This document shows, piece by piece, positions 33,747 through 44,557 of a stretch of 64,000 nucleotides of DNA. The notes under the pieces are model-generated. The model was given only the letters and a program-made list of their open reading frames with translations, made no database searches and was not told the DNA's origin. Location: NCBI GenBank assembly GCA_965229565.1, contig OZ245888.1, positions 1,296,639 to 1,360,638 on the forward strand, written 5' to 3'. The first letter of the stretch is position 1. Every line of letters begins with the position of its first letter. The position numbers and the translations under genes were made by a program. Origin of the DNA: Gammaproteobacteria bacterium. GTDB lineage: Bacteria > Pseudomonadota > Gammaproteobacteria > Eutrophobiales > Eutrophobiaceae.

Positions 33747-36602
33747 TTATCTCAATGATGCCGAGTTAAGTTGTTTGTGAGAGGTCACTTCCAGTTTATC
33801 CAGTTGTAACGCATCTGATACCAACTGCTTCTGTTGTTCCAGGTGTAATGGCATCAGCCCGGTAGCAGGAGACGCCGAGTAAAAACGACCGGCATAGCCA
33901 AACGTATGCTGATCGCTCAGACACCCTATCATGGTGCCGCGCGATTGCATGTAATACCAGCCGCCCTGGTTCTTCGGTTCTTCCTGGACCCAGACCACCT
34001 GTTTCAGATTCGGATACGAATCAATGATGGCCTTGACGTCATCACGCGGAAACGGGTACAGCTGTTCAATACGAATAATAGCAATGTTCTTGATATCACT
34101 TTCGCGGCGCTGCTCAAGCAGGTCGAAATATACCTTACCACTACAAACCAGCAGCCGGGTAACGGCTGCCTTGTCCAAATCGTCTTGCTCGTCGATCACG
34201 TTATGAAAATGACCGTTAACCAGGTCATCTACCGGTGATGCAGAAAGTTTCCTGCGTAGCAGGCTTTTAGGACTCATAACGATTAGCGGTTTGCGATACG
34301 GCCTGAGTTGCTGGCGTCGTAACAGGTGGAACATTTGTGCCGGCGTACTTGGGAAACATACCTGCATGTTCTTTTCAGCACAAAGCTGCAGGAACCTCTC
34401 CAGCCTGGCAGAGGAGTGTTCCGGGCCCTGGCCATCATAGCTGTGTGGTAGCAATACGGTTAGTCCGCAGTAGCGCCCCCACTTGGCCTCGCAGGAGCTG
34501 ATGAACTGGTCGAAGACGACCTGGGCACCATTGGCAAAATCACCAAATTGCGCTTCCCAGATAACCAGGGCGTTGGGTTCAGCCGAGGCATAGCCGTACT
34601 CAAATGCCAGTACTGCCTCTTCAGACAGCGTGGAGTTGATGACCAGGAAGTCAGGCTGATCAGGCTTGATATGTTGCAATGGCAGGTGAGTACGACCGTC
34701 TTCCATGTTGTGAACCACGGCGTGACGATGAAAGAATGTACCACGACCGCTGTCCTGGCCCGAGATGCGAATGGGGTAACCCTCGTTCAACAGCGATGCG
34801 TAAGCCATGGTTTCTGCGTAGCCCCAGTCCATCAGCATTTCGCCTGCACCCATCTTCTTACGGGAATCCAGTATCTTCTGTACCGCCGGATGTGGTTTAA
34901 AGTCGTCCGGGATGCTGGTTATCGCATCGGTAAGCTTTTTCACATCCTCGGCGCTCATCGTGGTTGTGATAGGGTCATCCCACTGGGAATCGGCAAAGCG
35001 CGAGTAGTCAACCAGGAACTTGGGGTTTGGATTATCGGCATGAGTGCCTGCCACACCACGGTTACTTTCAAGTGAATCAATATATTCGTCGGCGATAGCG
35101 TCTGCTTCTTCCTGTGTTACCACGCCCTCGGCAATGAGTCGATCGGTATGCAGCTTGCGTACGCCAGGGTGTTGACGGACATGCTGGTACATGATCGGTT
35201 GTGTTGCCATGGGTTCATCGGCCTCGCTATGTCCATGCTTGCGAAAACAAATCACGTCCAGCACCACGTCTTTATTGAATTCCATTCTGAAATCGAGCGC
35301 GATACTGGTCGCCAGTACAACGGCTTCCGGGTCATCACCGTTTACATGAAATATTGGTGCCTGCACCATTTTCGCAACATCGGTACAGTACAGAGATGAA
35401 CGTGAGTCCAGCGGGTCACTGGTGGTAAAGCCGATCTGGTTGTTGACGATGACATGTATTGTGCCGCCGGTGCTGTAGCCCCGGGTCTGCGACAGGTTAA
35501 AGGTTTCCATTACCACGCCCTGGCCGGCAAAGGCCGCATCACCGTGCAGCAGCAATGGCAACACCTGGTTTCGGGCAAGATCCTTTCGTCTGTCCTGGCG
35601 GGCGCGAACTGAACCCTCCACCACCGGGTCGATGATTTCCAGGTGCGACGGATTATAGCCGAGCGTAATATGCACGACACCACCGGGCGTACTGATGTCC
35701 GAGGAATAACCCATGTGATACTTCACATCGCCTGAACCCTTCAGGTTTTCCAGCTGCTTGCCTTCAAACTCGTCAAATAATTCACTTGGCTGTTTGCCGA
35801 TCGCATTTACCAGCACGTTAAGCCTGCCACGGTGTGCCATGCCAATCACAATTTCCTTTACATCCTTGGTACCACTGGTCTGTATGATCTCGTCGAGCAG
35901 GGGGATCAATGATTCGCCGCCCTCGAGTGAAAAGCGTTTCTGGCCCACGTATTTCTTATGCAGGTATTCTTCCAGCGCGTTGGCGTCGATCACGCGGTCC
36001 AGTATGCGAATGCGCTTCTCCCGGTCATAGTCAGGTGTGCCGAGTCTTTCCTCGAGATGCTTTTGTATCCAGCGCTTCTGCTCTGTTTCATTGATATGCA
36101 TGTACTCGGCACCGATGGAACCACAATAGGTTTTCTTGATGATGTGGACGATCTCGCGCAGTGTTATTTCATCGGGTGCAAATAGCGAACCGGTATTAAA
36201 GGTTTTATCCATGTCCGCCTCGGACAGGCCATGAAATTCCGGGTCCAGTTCCGGGGTTGGTGGACGCTGGTATTGATTCAGGGGATCGAGATTGGCCTGT
36301 CGGTGACCGTTAAATCGATGTGCGTTGATGAGCTGTAATACCGCTGTTTGTTTCTGGTGCGATACCGAGTCAGCAGCGGGTGCCAACACCGCCGATTTGT
36401 GCCTGTGTTGTGTCACATTGCGATACGCCTGTTGCACAGGTGAATGGGCAATGTCCCGTGGTTGGCCGGCTTGCTGCATGGAATCAAAGAGCTTGCGCCA
36501 CTCGGAATCGATGGCGTCAGGCCGGTTCAGATAAGTTTCGTACAGCTCTTCGATAAAGTCTGCGTTGCCACTGTATAGGTAGGAATCTATTGCGTCTTTC
36601 AT
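33747..36602 (-). CDS. sucA: 2-oxoglutarate dehydrogenase E1 component
   Basis: 951 aa with a ThDP-binding GDAAFAGQGVV region. Confidence 0.9.
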   Translation of the reverse strand: MKDAIDSYLYSGNADFIEELYETYLNRPDAIDSEWRKLFDSMQQAGQPRDIAHSPVQQAYRNVTQHRHKSAVLAPAADSVSHQKQTAVLQLINAHRFNGHRQANLDPLNQYQRPPTPELDPEFHGLSEADMDKTFNTGSLFAPDEITLREIVHIIKKTYCGSIGAEYMHINETEQKRWIQKHLEERLGTPDYDREKRIRILDRVIDANALEEYLHKKYVGQKRFSLEGGESLIPLLDEIIQTSGTKDVKEIVIGMAHRGRLNVLVNAIGKQPSELFDEFEGKQLENLKGSGDVKYHMGYSSDISTPGGVVHITLGYNPSHLEIIDPVVEGSVRARQDRRKDLARNQVLPLLLHGDAAFAGQGVVMETFNLSQTRGYSTGGTIHVIVNNQIGFTTSDPLDSRSSLYCTDVAKMVQAPIFHVNGDDPEAVVLATSIALDFRMEFNKDVVLDVICFRKHGHSEADEPMATQPIMYQHVRQHPGVRKLHTDRLIAEGVVTQEEADAIADEYIDSLESNRGVAGTHADNPNPKFLVDYSRFADSQWDDPITTTMSAEDVKKLTDAITSIPDDFKPHPAVQKILDSRKKMGAGEMLMDWGYAETMAYASLLNEGYPIRISGQDSGRGTFFHRHAVVHNMEDGRTHLPLQHIKPDQPDFLVINSTLSEEAVLAFEYGYASAEPNALVIWEAQFGDFANGAQVVFDQFISSCEAKWGRYCGLTVLLPHSYDGQGPEHSSARLERFLQLCAEKNMQVCFPSTPAQMFHLLRRQQLRPYRKPLIVMSPKSLLRRKLSASPVDDLVNGHFHNVIDEQDDLDKAAVTRLLVCSGKVYFDLLEQRRESDIKNIAIIRIEQLYPFPRDDVKAIIDSYPNLKQVVWVQEEPKNQGGWYYMQSRGTMIGCLSDQHTFGYAGRFYSASPATGLMPLHLEQQKQLVSDALQLDKLEVTSHKQLNSASLR

Positions 36603-36910
36603 CCGTTGTTATCCTTTGGACAACCGTTTTTATTAATTACAACCATGCCCGAAACCGCAAATATGCCGCTAATATTCATATCGACATCATATTTGCGAAT
36701 ACAGGCGTAAAAAGCAATTCTAACTATAAGATTTTCTGGAATTATTTCCTATATAATTTAGCCGATTTTTAGCTCATGCGTGATTTTTTTATGCATAAAT
36801 GGGGCCGAGCGGCGGTAACTACTCTTGCTGCACTGCCACTAACGCCTGTATGCTTACGTCGAATTATAAGAACAACGGTAAAATTTGTAGATTTGTGAGG
36901 GAGAAGTTTC

Positions 36911-38209
36911 ATGTCTGACACGGTAACGATTACCGATAACCGCACCGGTAAGCAGGTCGAGTGTCCCATCCTTGATGGGGTATACGGGGCACCTGTAATT
37001 GATACCAAGGAGCTTTACAAGGAGCTGGGGATGTTTACCTTTGATCCCGGTTTCCTGACTACCGCTTCCTGTAAAAGTGCGATTACCTATCTCGACGGTG
37101 AGCAGGGAATTCTCCTTCACCGTGGTTACCCCATAGACCAGCTGGCGCAAAACAGTTCCTACCTGGAAGTCTGTTACCTGCTGCTCTATGGTGAATTGCC
37201 AACACAAAACCAGTTTGCGGCCTTCATGGCAAACCTCAACAAGCGCAATATGGTGCATGAGCACCTTGAGCGCTTTTATAACGGCTATCTTTACGATGCA
37301 CATCCAATGTCCATGCTGATTGGTGTAACCGGTGCGCTATCGTCCTACTACCACGAAGCCATGGATATTAATGACCCGGTCGACCGTGAACTCACTGCCG
37401 TGCGTGTTATTGCCAAAATGCCGATACTGGCTGCACATTGTTACAAGCATTCTGTCGGACACCCGTTTGTTTATTCGCGTGATGACCTTGGCTATGTAGA
37501 AAACTTTCTGAATATGATGTTTTCCGTGCCTATGCGTGAATACCACCCGCCTGAGATCGCGGTCAAGGCGCTGAACCTGATGCTGATCCTGCATGCCGAT
37601 CACGAGCAGAATGCCTCCACTTCGACGGTGCGATTGGCTGGTAGTGCCGAGGCGAACCCGTTTGCCTGTATCGCTGCCGGTATCGTGACCTTGTGGGGTC
37701 GTGCTCACGGTGGTGCCAATGAAGCCGTGTTGACCATGCTGGGCGAGATTGGACATGTCGATAATATTCCCAAGTATATTGCCAAGGCCAAGGACAAGGA
37801 TGACCCGTTTCGCCTGATGGGATTCGGGCATCGCGTCTACAAAAATTACGATCCGCGTGCCACGATAATTCGCCAGGTCTGCCATGATCTGCTGGAAGAA
37901 GTGGATACTGTCGATCAACCCCTGCTCGATATCGCCATGCGTCTCGAAGAGATTGCATTGAAAGACCAGTATTTCATCGAGCGTAAACTGTATCCAAACG
38001 TGGATTTCTATTCGGGCATCATTCTGAAAGCCCTGGGTATACCCACATCCATGTACACGGTCATGTTTGCGTTGGCACGTTCAGCTGGCTGGATTGCGCA
38101 GTGGCTGGAAATGATGCAAGACCCTGATTTCAAGATTGGTCGCCCAAGGCAGTTATATATAGGGCAGGAAAAGCGTGACTACGTTCCAATAGAAAAGCGC
38201 GGTATCTAA
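36911..38209 (+). CDS. gltA: Citrate synthase (type II)
   Basis: 432 aa with the catalytic region [14 protein letters not shown]. Transcribed divergently from sucA. Confidence 0.9.
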   Translation: MSDTVTITDNRTGKQVECPILDGVYGAPVIDTKELYKELGMFTFDPGFLTTASCKSAITYLDGEQGILLHRGYPIDQLAQNSSYLEVCYLLLYGELPTQNQFAAFMANLNKRNMVHEHLERFYNGYLYDAHPMSMLIGVTGALSSYYHEAMDINDPVDRELTAVRVIAKMPILAAHCYKHSVGHPFVYSRDDLGYVENFLNMMFSVPMREYHPPEIAVKALNLMLILHADHEQNASTSTVRLAGSAEANPFACIAAGIVTLWGRAHGGANEAVLTMLGEIGHVDNIPKYIAKAKDKDDPFRLMGFGHRVYKNYDPRATIIRQVCHDLLEEVDTVDQPLLDIAMRLEEIALKDQYFIERKLYPNVDFYSGIILKALGIPTSMYTVMFALARSAGWIAQWLEMMQDPDFKIGRPRQLYIGQEKRDYVPIEKRGI

Positions 38210-38247
38210 TCCATTTATAAAACACGCGAGTACCAAGGAGTTTATTA

Positions 38248-39225
38248 ATGAAATCCCCCGTCAGAGTTGCCGTAACAGGCGCAGCTGGACAAATTGGTTA
38301 TTCTTTATTATTCCGTATTGCTTCGGGTCAAATGCTTGGCCCTGACCAACCGGTCATCCTGCAATTACTGGAAGTGACGCCAGCAATGAAGGCACTTGAA
38401 GGTGTCGTCATGGAAATTGACGATTGCGCATTTGACCTGGTTGATGGCTTCGTCCTGGCCGATGATGCGAATGTTGCCTTCAAGGACGTAGATTACGCCT
38501 TGTTGGTCGGGGCAAGACCGAGAGGGCCTGGCATGGAGCGTAGTGATTTACTTGAAGCCAACGGTGGCATCTTCAAGGTGCAGGGCAAGGCATTAAATGA
38601 TAATGCCAGTCGTGATATTAAGGTCCTGGTGGTAGGCAACCCGGCCAATACCAACGCCCACACTGCGATGTTGAGTGCACCTGATCTGAATCCACGAAAT
38701 TTCACTGCCATGACCCGCCTTGACCATAATCGCGCCCTGGCACAGCTTGCAGCCAAAACGGGCACTGCAGTCAGTGATATCAAGCAAATGACTATCTGGG
38801 GTAACCACTCAACCACGCAGTTTCCTGATATCAGCCAGGCAACAGTTGCCGGCAAGCCGGCAAAGGACATGGTGGATTTTGACTGGTACAAGGATAATTA
38901 CATTCCCCGCGTGGCCAAGCGCGGCGCAGAGATTATCGAGGCCCGCGGCGCATCCAGTGCGGCATCGGCTGCCAGTGGTGCGATCGACCACATGCATGAC
39001 TGGGCCCTTGGTTCGGACGAGGGTGACTGGGTAAGTATGGCGGTTCCCAGCGATGGCAGTTACGGAATTCCCGAGGGATTGATGTTTTCATTTCCTTGTA
39101 CCTGCAAAGGTGGTGATTACAGCATCGTGCAGGGACTGGAGATCGATGATTTTGGTCAGCAAATGCTGGATATCACGCAAAAGGAACTGGAAGAAGAACG
39201 CGACGCGGTTGCCAAGATCCTCTAG
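38248..39225 (+). CDS. mdh: Malate dehydrogenase (LDH-like family)
   Basis: 325 aa with the N-terminus [22 protein letters not shown]. Confidence 0.9.
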   Translation: MKSPVRVAVTGAAGQIGYSLLFRIASGQMLGPDQPVILQLLEVTPAMKALEGVVMEIDDCAFDLVDGFVLADDANVAFKDVDYALLVGARPRGPGMERSDLLEANGGIFKVQGKALNDNASRDIKVLVVGNPANTNAHTAMLSAPDLNPRNFTAMTRLDHNRALAQLAAKTGTAVSDIKQMTIWGNHSTTQFPDISQATVAGKPAKDMVDFDWYKDNYIPRVAKRGAEIIEARGASSAASAASGAIDHMHDWALGSDEGDWVSMAVPSDGSYGIPEGLMFSFPCTCKGGDYSIVQGLEIDDFGQQMLDITQKELEEERDAVAKIL

Positions 39226-39246
39226 TTACTGCTGACCCAAACAAAC

Positions 39247-39272
39247 AAAAGGCCGCTTACGCGGCTTTTTTT
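39247..39272. terminator. Rho-independent terminator between the convergent mdh and HAD hydrolase genes. It works in both directions.
   Basis: AAAAGGCCGC-ttac-GCGGC-TTTTTTT, flanked by A-runs upstream. Confidence 0.7.
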
Positions 39273-39282
39273 GTTACCGGTT

Positions 39283-39939
39283 TTACTCTCTAAGGCTGAT
39301 GATTTCCCAGTCGGCCTTGCGGGCCTCGGCCATGAGCGTTTCGTCCGGATCAACAGCCACGGGATGGTCAACCAAACGCAGTAACGGCAGGTCATTGTGT
39401 GAATCACTGTAGAACCAGGTTTCATCAAACTGCCTGTCCTGCTGGTCCAGCCATTCATTCAAGCGCGTGACCTTGCCGCCGGCGTAAGAGGGGGTGCCGG
39501 TTACATTGCCAGTATATTGTTGGTTGATAATCTCCGGTTCACAGGCAATCAGGTGATCAATACCGAAAATGGCAGCAATCGGTTCCGTCAGGAATCGATT
39601 GGTTGCCGTGATAATCAGCAGCTCGTCCTGTCGTTGACGATGGTTTTCTACCAGTTCCCGTGCCTGGTCCAGGATGATAGGGCGAATCTTGTGCTCGATA
39701 TATTGTTGTCGCCATCGTTGAAGTTCATTGAAATCATTTTCTGCCAGCGGGCGTAGCTGAAATGCCAGGAACTCGCGTATATCGAGATTGCCTTCAAGAT
39801 AGTCCTGGTAGTATTTTTCATGCCCGGAACGATAGCTGTCGGCATCAACCTTGCCTATTTCGATCAGGAACTCGCCCCAGAGACAGTCACTGTCACCAGC
39901 GATAAGTGTATTGTCGAGATCAAATATGGCCAGGTTCAT
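39283..39939 (-). CDS. HAD-superfamily hydrolase (subfamily IB-like)
   Basis: Motif I (IFDLDNTLI) and a motif IV acidic residue (DSHNDLP). Confidence 0.7.
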   Translation of the reverse strand: MNLAIFDLDNTLIAGDSDCLWGEFLIEIGKVDADSYRSGHEKYYQDYLEGNLDIREFLAFQLRPLAENDFNELQRWRQQYIEHKIRPIILDQARELVENHRQRQDELLIITATNRFLTEPIAAIFGIDHLIACEPEIINQQYTGNVTGTPSYAGGKVTRLNEWLDQQDRQFDETWFYSDSHNDLPLLRLVDHPVAVDPDETLMAEARKADWEIISLRE

Positions 39940-40072
39940 TTGGTGGAAAAGGCTGATATTAAAAAAGCGCTAGTCTAGGCAGATATCCGCAGATGGCAAC
40001 CATTAATAGTGGTTTGCTTGTTTTAATTGATTGTTAGAAAATTAAACAACAAGTTGTATGAGGTATTTCATC

Positions 40073-40573
40073 GTGATCGATGCAGAGGGATTCCGCGCCA
40101 ATGTTGGCATCATTCTCTCAAACGAGGAGGGAAGGGTGTTCTGGGCCCGCAGGCTGGGTATGAATGCCTGGCAATTCCCGCAGGGCGGTATCAAGAAGAA
40201 CGAGACCCCGGAAGAGGCCATGTACCGTGAGCTCAGGGAGGAGATCGGTCTCAGGCCCGAGCATGTTGAAATTATCAGTGCGACCGATGACTGGTTACGT
40301 TACTGGCTACCCAAACGATTTATCAGGCAAAATGCCTACCCATTGTGTATCGGTCAAAAGCAGATTTGGTACTTGCTGAAACTGGTCGCCGAAGATGATT
40401 GTGTCGACCTGAAATGGTCCGATGAACCGGAATTTGATTTATGGAAATGGGTCGATTTCTGGCACCCGGTCACAGAGGTAGTGTCTTTCAAACGTAATGT
40501 CTACGAGCAGGCATTGAACCAGTTGGCACCATTCATATCGCTCGATAGCAACAAGCGCCACAGGTTCTTATAG
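40073..40573 (+). CDS. rppH: RNA pyrophosphohydrolase (Nudix) with a GTG start. The track ORF begins at 40058.
   Basis: Collinear with E. coli RppH ([13 protein letters not shown]...WQFPQGGI...[13 protein letters not shown], Nudix box). Confidence 0.85.
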   Translation: MIDAEGFRANVGIILSNEEGRVFWARRLGMNAWQFPQGGIKKNETPEEAMYRELREEIGLRPEHVEIISATDDWLRYWLPKRFIRQNAYPLCIGQKQIWYLLKLVAEDDCVDLKWSDEPEFDLWKWVDFWHPVTEVVSFKRNVYEQALNQLAPFISLDSNKRHRFL

Positions 40574-40584
40574 TCTGGGAAACG

Positions 40585-40947
40585 TTACCTGGGCATGGCC
40601 ATGTAACGCATCAGGTTGCCCAGCAATTTACTGGCGTTTCGATTACTGATACCGCTAACGTAGTATTTGCCAAATTCCGGCGGGTAATCCCAGCTCACAA
40701 TTTTTTCGTGCAGATTTTCCAGTATTGGTGCGCAGTGTTTCATGGAATGATCGGCGATAACGCGCGGGTCACTGTTCGGCTGCATACGGGACATGGCAAA
40801 CTCATTCATGCACTGTTCATGTTCGCCGGCGATTTGCCTGGCCTGTTGATACTCTTCCTGGCTCATTGCGTTAGGGTCACGGTATTCGGCCCATACCGTT
40901 GTTGCAGACAGGCATAGGATTATTGCCGTACAGGCCTTAATATGCAT
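40585..40947 (-). CDS. Hypothetical secreted protein
   Basis: 120 aa with a signal peptide (ILCLSATTVWA) and no recognisable domain. Confidence 0.4.
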   Translation of the reverse strand: MHIKACTAIILCLSATTVWAEYRDPNAMSQEEYQQARQIAGEHEQCMNEFAMSRMQPNSDPRVIADHSMKHCAPILENLHEKIVSWDYPPEFGKYYVSGISNRNASKLLGNLMRYMAMPR

Positions 40948-40992
40948 CGCTTGTTCCTCGGTTATGATGTTTACTTTAAGAACTACAATAAC

Positions 40993-42144
40993 ATGAAAGA
41001 TTCAATTTTCCTTGAAGCCGATGTCATCACTCCCTGCTACGTCTATGACCTTGCGGCTGTACAGGCAGCACTGACGCGCATAGTCGATTCTGCTGCTGTC
41101 GCCGGCTGTAAATTCCTGTATTCGATCAAGTCTGCCAGTAATGTCGAATTATTAAAGTTCATTCGTCCCAACATTGCCGGCTTCTCTTGCAGTTCCCTGT
41201 TCGAATTAAAGCTGGCCAGGGAGCTTGCTACCGAAAAGCAAACACTGCATATAACGACACCAGGTTATCGTCCTGATGAATTTGAACAGATAGCTTCCCT
41301 GGCCGACTACCTCAGCTTTAATTCTGTAGCGCAATGGCGCCGACTTGCAAATACGGCAAATCAACACACGAGTTGTGGCCTGCGTATCAACCCTGAGTTA
41401 TCACTGGTTAAAGACATTCGTTACGATCCCTGCCGCGAACATTCCAAGCTGGGCATTACCGCTGCACAACTGCAAGCTGCTGTTGTTGCTGGCGAGTTGA
41501 GCACGCAGGATATCCATGGCATCGCAGTGCATAATAATTGTGAAGCCACGGACCTGAATGAACTGTTGCTGACGGTTAACAAGATGCTTGACCTGTTATC
41601 AAGGCATGCAATTGAACCTGCCTGGTTTAACCTCGGTGGCGGTTACCTCTGGCAGGACGGTGTGAACGGCGAGATCCTGGCTCGCGTTTGTGAGGCCATA
41701 CGGCAACGGTATCAGTCCGATATCTTCATCGAGCCGGGCAAGGCTGTTGTCGGCCATAGTGGTTATTTGCTGGCCAGCGTCATTGATATCTTTGAGCGAC
41801 CGGGCAAGACCGTTGCCATATTGGATACCTGTATCAATCATTTGCCAGAGGTGTTTGAATATCAATATCAGCCAGTAGTAGCCAACAGTAATCAAGGTGG
41901 TGAATTTTATTACCGTCTGGCGGGTAGCAGTTGCCTCAGTGGTGACCTTTTTGGAGACTATGCCTTCCAGGAACCGCTGGAGATTGGCAGCCGGGTATTG
42001 TTCAAAAACGTGGGTGCCTATATGCAGGTCAAGGCCAATTCATTCAATGGCATTAATCTGCCAGCAACCTACCTGTTTGACGGGCAGGCCGGGTTTGAAA
42101 TGATAAGCAAACACAACTACGATGATTTTCGACGTCGTTTGTAG
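40993..42144 (+). CDS. nspC: Carboxynorspermidine/carboxyspermidine decarboxylase-like PLP enzyme (NspC family). The track ORF starts at 40942.
   Basis: Block-wise match to Vibrio NspC: SSLFELKLARE, SFNSVAQ, GLRINPELS...SKLGI, NLGGG, IEPGKAVV, AGSSCLSGDLF, NYDDFRRRL. Confidence 0.7.
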   Translation: MKDSIFLEADVITPCYVYDLAAVQAALTRIVDSAAVAGCKFLYSIKSASNVELLKFIRPNIAGFSCSSLFELKLARELATEKQTLHITTPGYRPDEFEQIASLADYLSFNSVAQWRRLANTANQHTSCGLRINPELSLVKDIRYDPCREHSKLGITAAQLQAAVVAGELSTQDIHGIAVHNNCEATDLNELLLTVNKMLDLLSRHAIEPAWFNLGGGYLWQDGVNGEILARVCEAIRQRYQSDIFIEPGKAVVGHSGYLLASVIDIFERPGKTVAILDTCINHLPEVFEYQYQPVVANSNQGGEFYYRLAGSSCLSGDLFGDYAFQEPLEIGSRVLFKNVGAYMQVKANSFNGINLPATYLFDGQAGFEMISKHNYDDFRRRL

Positions 42145-42178
42145 ATGTTTTTTTCAATAAAGGTACCGTGCTGTATGG

Positions 42179-42697
42179 ATGCAATATTTCAGGGCTACGA
42201 ATATGTTTAGGTTAACTACACTTGTTTTTCTGGCATTGACCTCTCAGGGTCTGCAGGCTCATCCGTTGGCTGAGACTGACGCCCATGAGCATCATGCCTC
42301 TCAGCTGGCGGCTGCAGAGGTCGAGGAACTGTTACAGGACGGTGCTGAATTTTCCGGTCCCGCTGAGACTTCGGGCATCGCCTCAATAGAGGCACTTGGC
42401 CTGGTTGATCTTGGTGCTGAATTTAGCGCCATGACTGGTCGCCAGTTTCGTGCCCGTGTTTTTACCATTGAGCCCGGTGGTATCGTGGGAATACATACAC
42501 ACGATCAGCGTCCCGGCTTTGCCTATATCTTAAGTGGTAATATTGTAGAGCATCGTAGCGATACCCGTGGCGCGATACAGCATGAAGCAGGGAGTATCGC
42601 CGTTGAACGCAGCGGTGTTACGCACTGGTGGGAAAATATTTCTGATGCCCCGGTCAGGGCGCTGGTCGTCGATATTTTTACACCACCGCCGAATTAA
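42179..42697 (+). CDS. Secreted cupin-domain protein
   Basis: A signal peptide and a cupin metal-site pattern (GIHTHDQ...H...EAG). Confidence 0.5.
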   Translation: MQYFRATNMFRLTTLVFLALTSQGLQAHPLAETDAHEHHASQLAAAEVEELLQDGAEFSGPAETSGIASIEALGLVDLGAEFSAMTGRQFRARVFTIEPGGIVGIHTHDQRPGFAYILSGNIVEHRSDTRGAIQHEAGSIAVERSGVTHWWENISDAPVRALVVDIFTPPPN

Positions 42698-42699
42698 TC

Positions 42700-43311
42700 A
42701 TGAATCGTTACGATGAACTTGCCCGGCAACTGGTTGCAGCAGGCAAGCAGCTCTATGACATGCAAATGGTCCCGGCTACCAGCGGAAATTTCTCGGCGCG
42801 TATCGATGCGGACGAGCTGGCCATAACCGTATCCGGCCGGCATAAGGGGCGTCTGACGACCGATGACATCATGCGTATCAACCTTGCCGGCGAATCCCTG
42901 GATGGTAAAAAACCATCGGCAGAAACGGGCCTGCATACCCAGATCTATCGACGCTGTCCTGACGCCCAGGCCGTTCTTCATGCGCACTCGCTCTACGCAA
43001 CCTTGATCTCGCGTACCGACCGAACCAGCCTGGAATTAAAAAATTACGAGTTATTAAAAGCCTTCCCGGGTATCAGCACTCACGACGTCTCTGTCACCAT
43101 ACCGATATTTGATAACGATCAGGATATTACACGCCTGGCAGATGTGGTGGATACTTACATGGAGAACAATGAAATGTGCCCGGTATACCTGATACGCGGC
43201 CATGGCTTCTACACCTGGGGAAATTCACTGGACAATACTTTAAACTACATCGAGGCACTGGAGTTTTTATTCAAATGCGAACTGACGGCAGAGGGAGTTA
43301 ACACGCCATGA
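42700..43311 (+). CDS. mtnB: Methylthioribulose-1-phosphate dehydratase (class II aldolase fold)
   Basis: 203 aa with MVPATSGNFSARI and a LHAHSLYATL zinc-ligand region. Confidence 0.8.
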   Translation: MNRYDELARQLVAAGKQLYDMQMVPATSGNFSARIDADELAITVSGRHKGRLTTDDIMRINLAGESLDGKKPSAETGLHTQIYRRCPDAQAVLHAHSLYATLISRTDRTSLELKNYELLKAFPGISTHDVSVTIPIFDNDQDITRLADVVDTYMENNEMCPVYLIRGHGFYTWGNSLDNTLNYIEALEFLFKCELTAEGVNTP

Positions 43312-43862
43312 CCCGATTAACTATCTATCCTGACAATGATCCGCATCACGGTACTACCAAGACGGAGTTTAACGATATAGTCAGCACGCTGGCTGATATC
43401 GGTGTGTTACTGGAAAAGTGGGAGGCCGGTATGCCATTGTCCCGTGACGCGAGCAAGGAAGAGGTACTGGCGGCTTATGAAGAATCAGTCTCAGAATTAA
43501 ACAGTAAGTACGGTTTTAAAACGGTTGATGTTGTCGGTCTTAACCCGGACCATCCTGATCGCGAGGTCATGCGCAACAAGTTCCTCGCAGAACATACACA
43601 TGCTGATTTTGAAATTCGTTTTTTCGTGGAAGGCAGTGGTATTTTCTACCTGCATGTTGACAACAAGGTTTATGCGACGCTGTGTGAGCAAGGCGACCTT
43701 ATCAGTGTCCCTGCTAACACGACACACTGGTTTGATATGGGAACGACTCCTTATTTTAAATGTATCCGTTTTTTTACGACAGACGATGGCTGGGTAGGAA
43801 ACTTTACCGGTAGTGACATTGCCACGCAGTTCCCCGATTTCGATACCTTGACCACGGCTTAA
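43308..43862 (+). CDS. mtnD: Acireductone dioxygenase (ARD)
   Basis: 184 aa with ARD cupin motifs (EHTHADFEIRFFVEGSG...TTHWF). ATGA overlap with mtnB. Confidence 0.8.
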   Translation: MTRLTIYPDNDPHHGTTKTEFNDIVSTLADIGVLLEKWEAGMPLSRDASKEEVLAAYEESVSELNSKYGFKTVDVVGLNPDHPDREVMRNKFLAEHTHADFEIRFFVEGSGIFYLHVDNKVYATLCEQGDLISVPANTTHWFDMGTTPYFKCIRFFTTDDGWVGNFTGSDIATQFPDFDTLTTA

Positions 43863-43879
43863 AGCGCTATTCTGATTCA

Positions 43880-44557
43880 ATGATCCAGGCTGTCGTCACC
43901 GATATTGAAGGTACGACCACTTCGATACACTTCGTAACCGACGTGTTATTTCCCTATGCCAGGGAACGTATGGGAGACTTTTTGCAGCAACACTCAACAG
44001 AGCCGCCAGTCAGGCAATGCCTGGATGAGGTGGTCAATTTGACCGGTATCGATGATGACCTGGCGACAATTACCCGACAATTGATCGAATGGATTGATAC
44101 CGATCAGAAAATCACGCCATTGAAATCCCTGCAGGGAATGATCTGGGATGCCGGCTATCGAAACGGTGATTTCACCGGACATATTTACCCCGATGTGCCT
44201 GCGCAACTGGCTGCGTGGCACAGGGACGGTATCAAACTCTATGTCTACTCTTCCGGCTCGGTTCAGGCGCAAAAGTTGTTATTCGGTTTTAGTGATGCCG
44301 GCGACCTGTCGATTTTGTTTACTGATTTTTTTGATACGAGAATCGGCAATAAAAGAGAAGTAGCTGCGTATGACAATATCATTCAACATACCGCGCTACC
44401 GGCAGACAACATATTGTTTCTTTCCGATATCGAGGAGGAACTGGATGCGGCCGCGGTCGCGGGTATGAAGACAACGCAACTATGCAGGGAACAAACTGTG
44501 AAAGGCGAACGGCATCATGCTGTCAGTAACTTTAATGAAATCCGGCTGAATAAATAA
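43880..44557 (+). CDS. mtnC: Enolase-phosphatase E1 (HAD)
   Basis: 225 aa with a HAD motif I (VVTDIEGTTTSI) and the typical MtnC length. Confidence 0.8.
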   Translation: MIQAVVTDIEGTTTSIHFVTDVLFPYARERMGDFLQQHSTEPPVRQCLDEVVNLTGIDDDLATITRQLIEWIDTDQKITPLKSLQGMIWDAGYRNGDFTGHIYPDVPAQLAAWHRDGIKLYVYSSGSVQAQKLLFGFSDAGDLSILFTDFFDTRIGNKREVAAYDNIIQHTALPADNILFLSDIEEELDAAAVAGMKTTQLCREQTVKGERHHAVSNFNEIRLNK

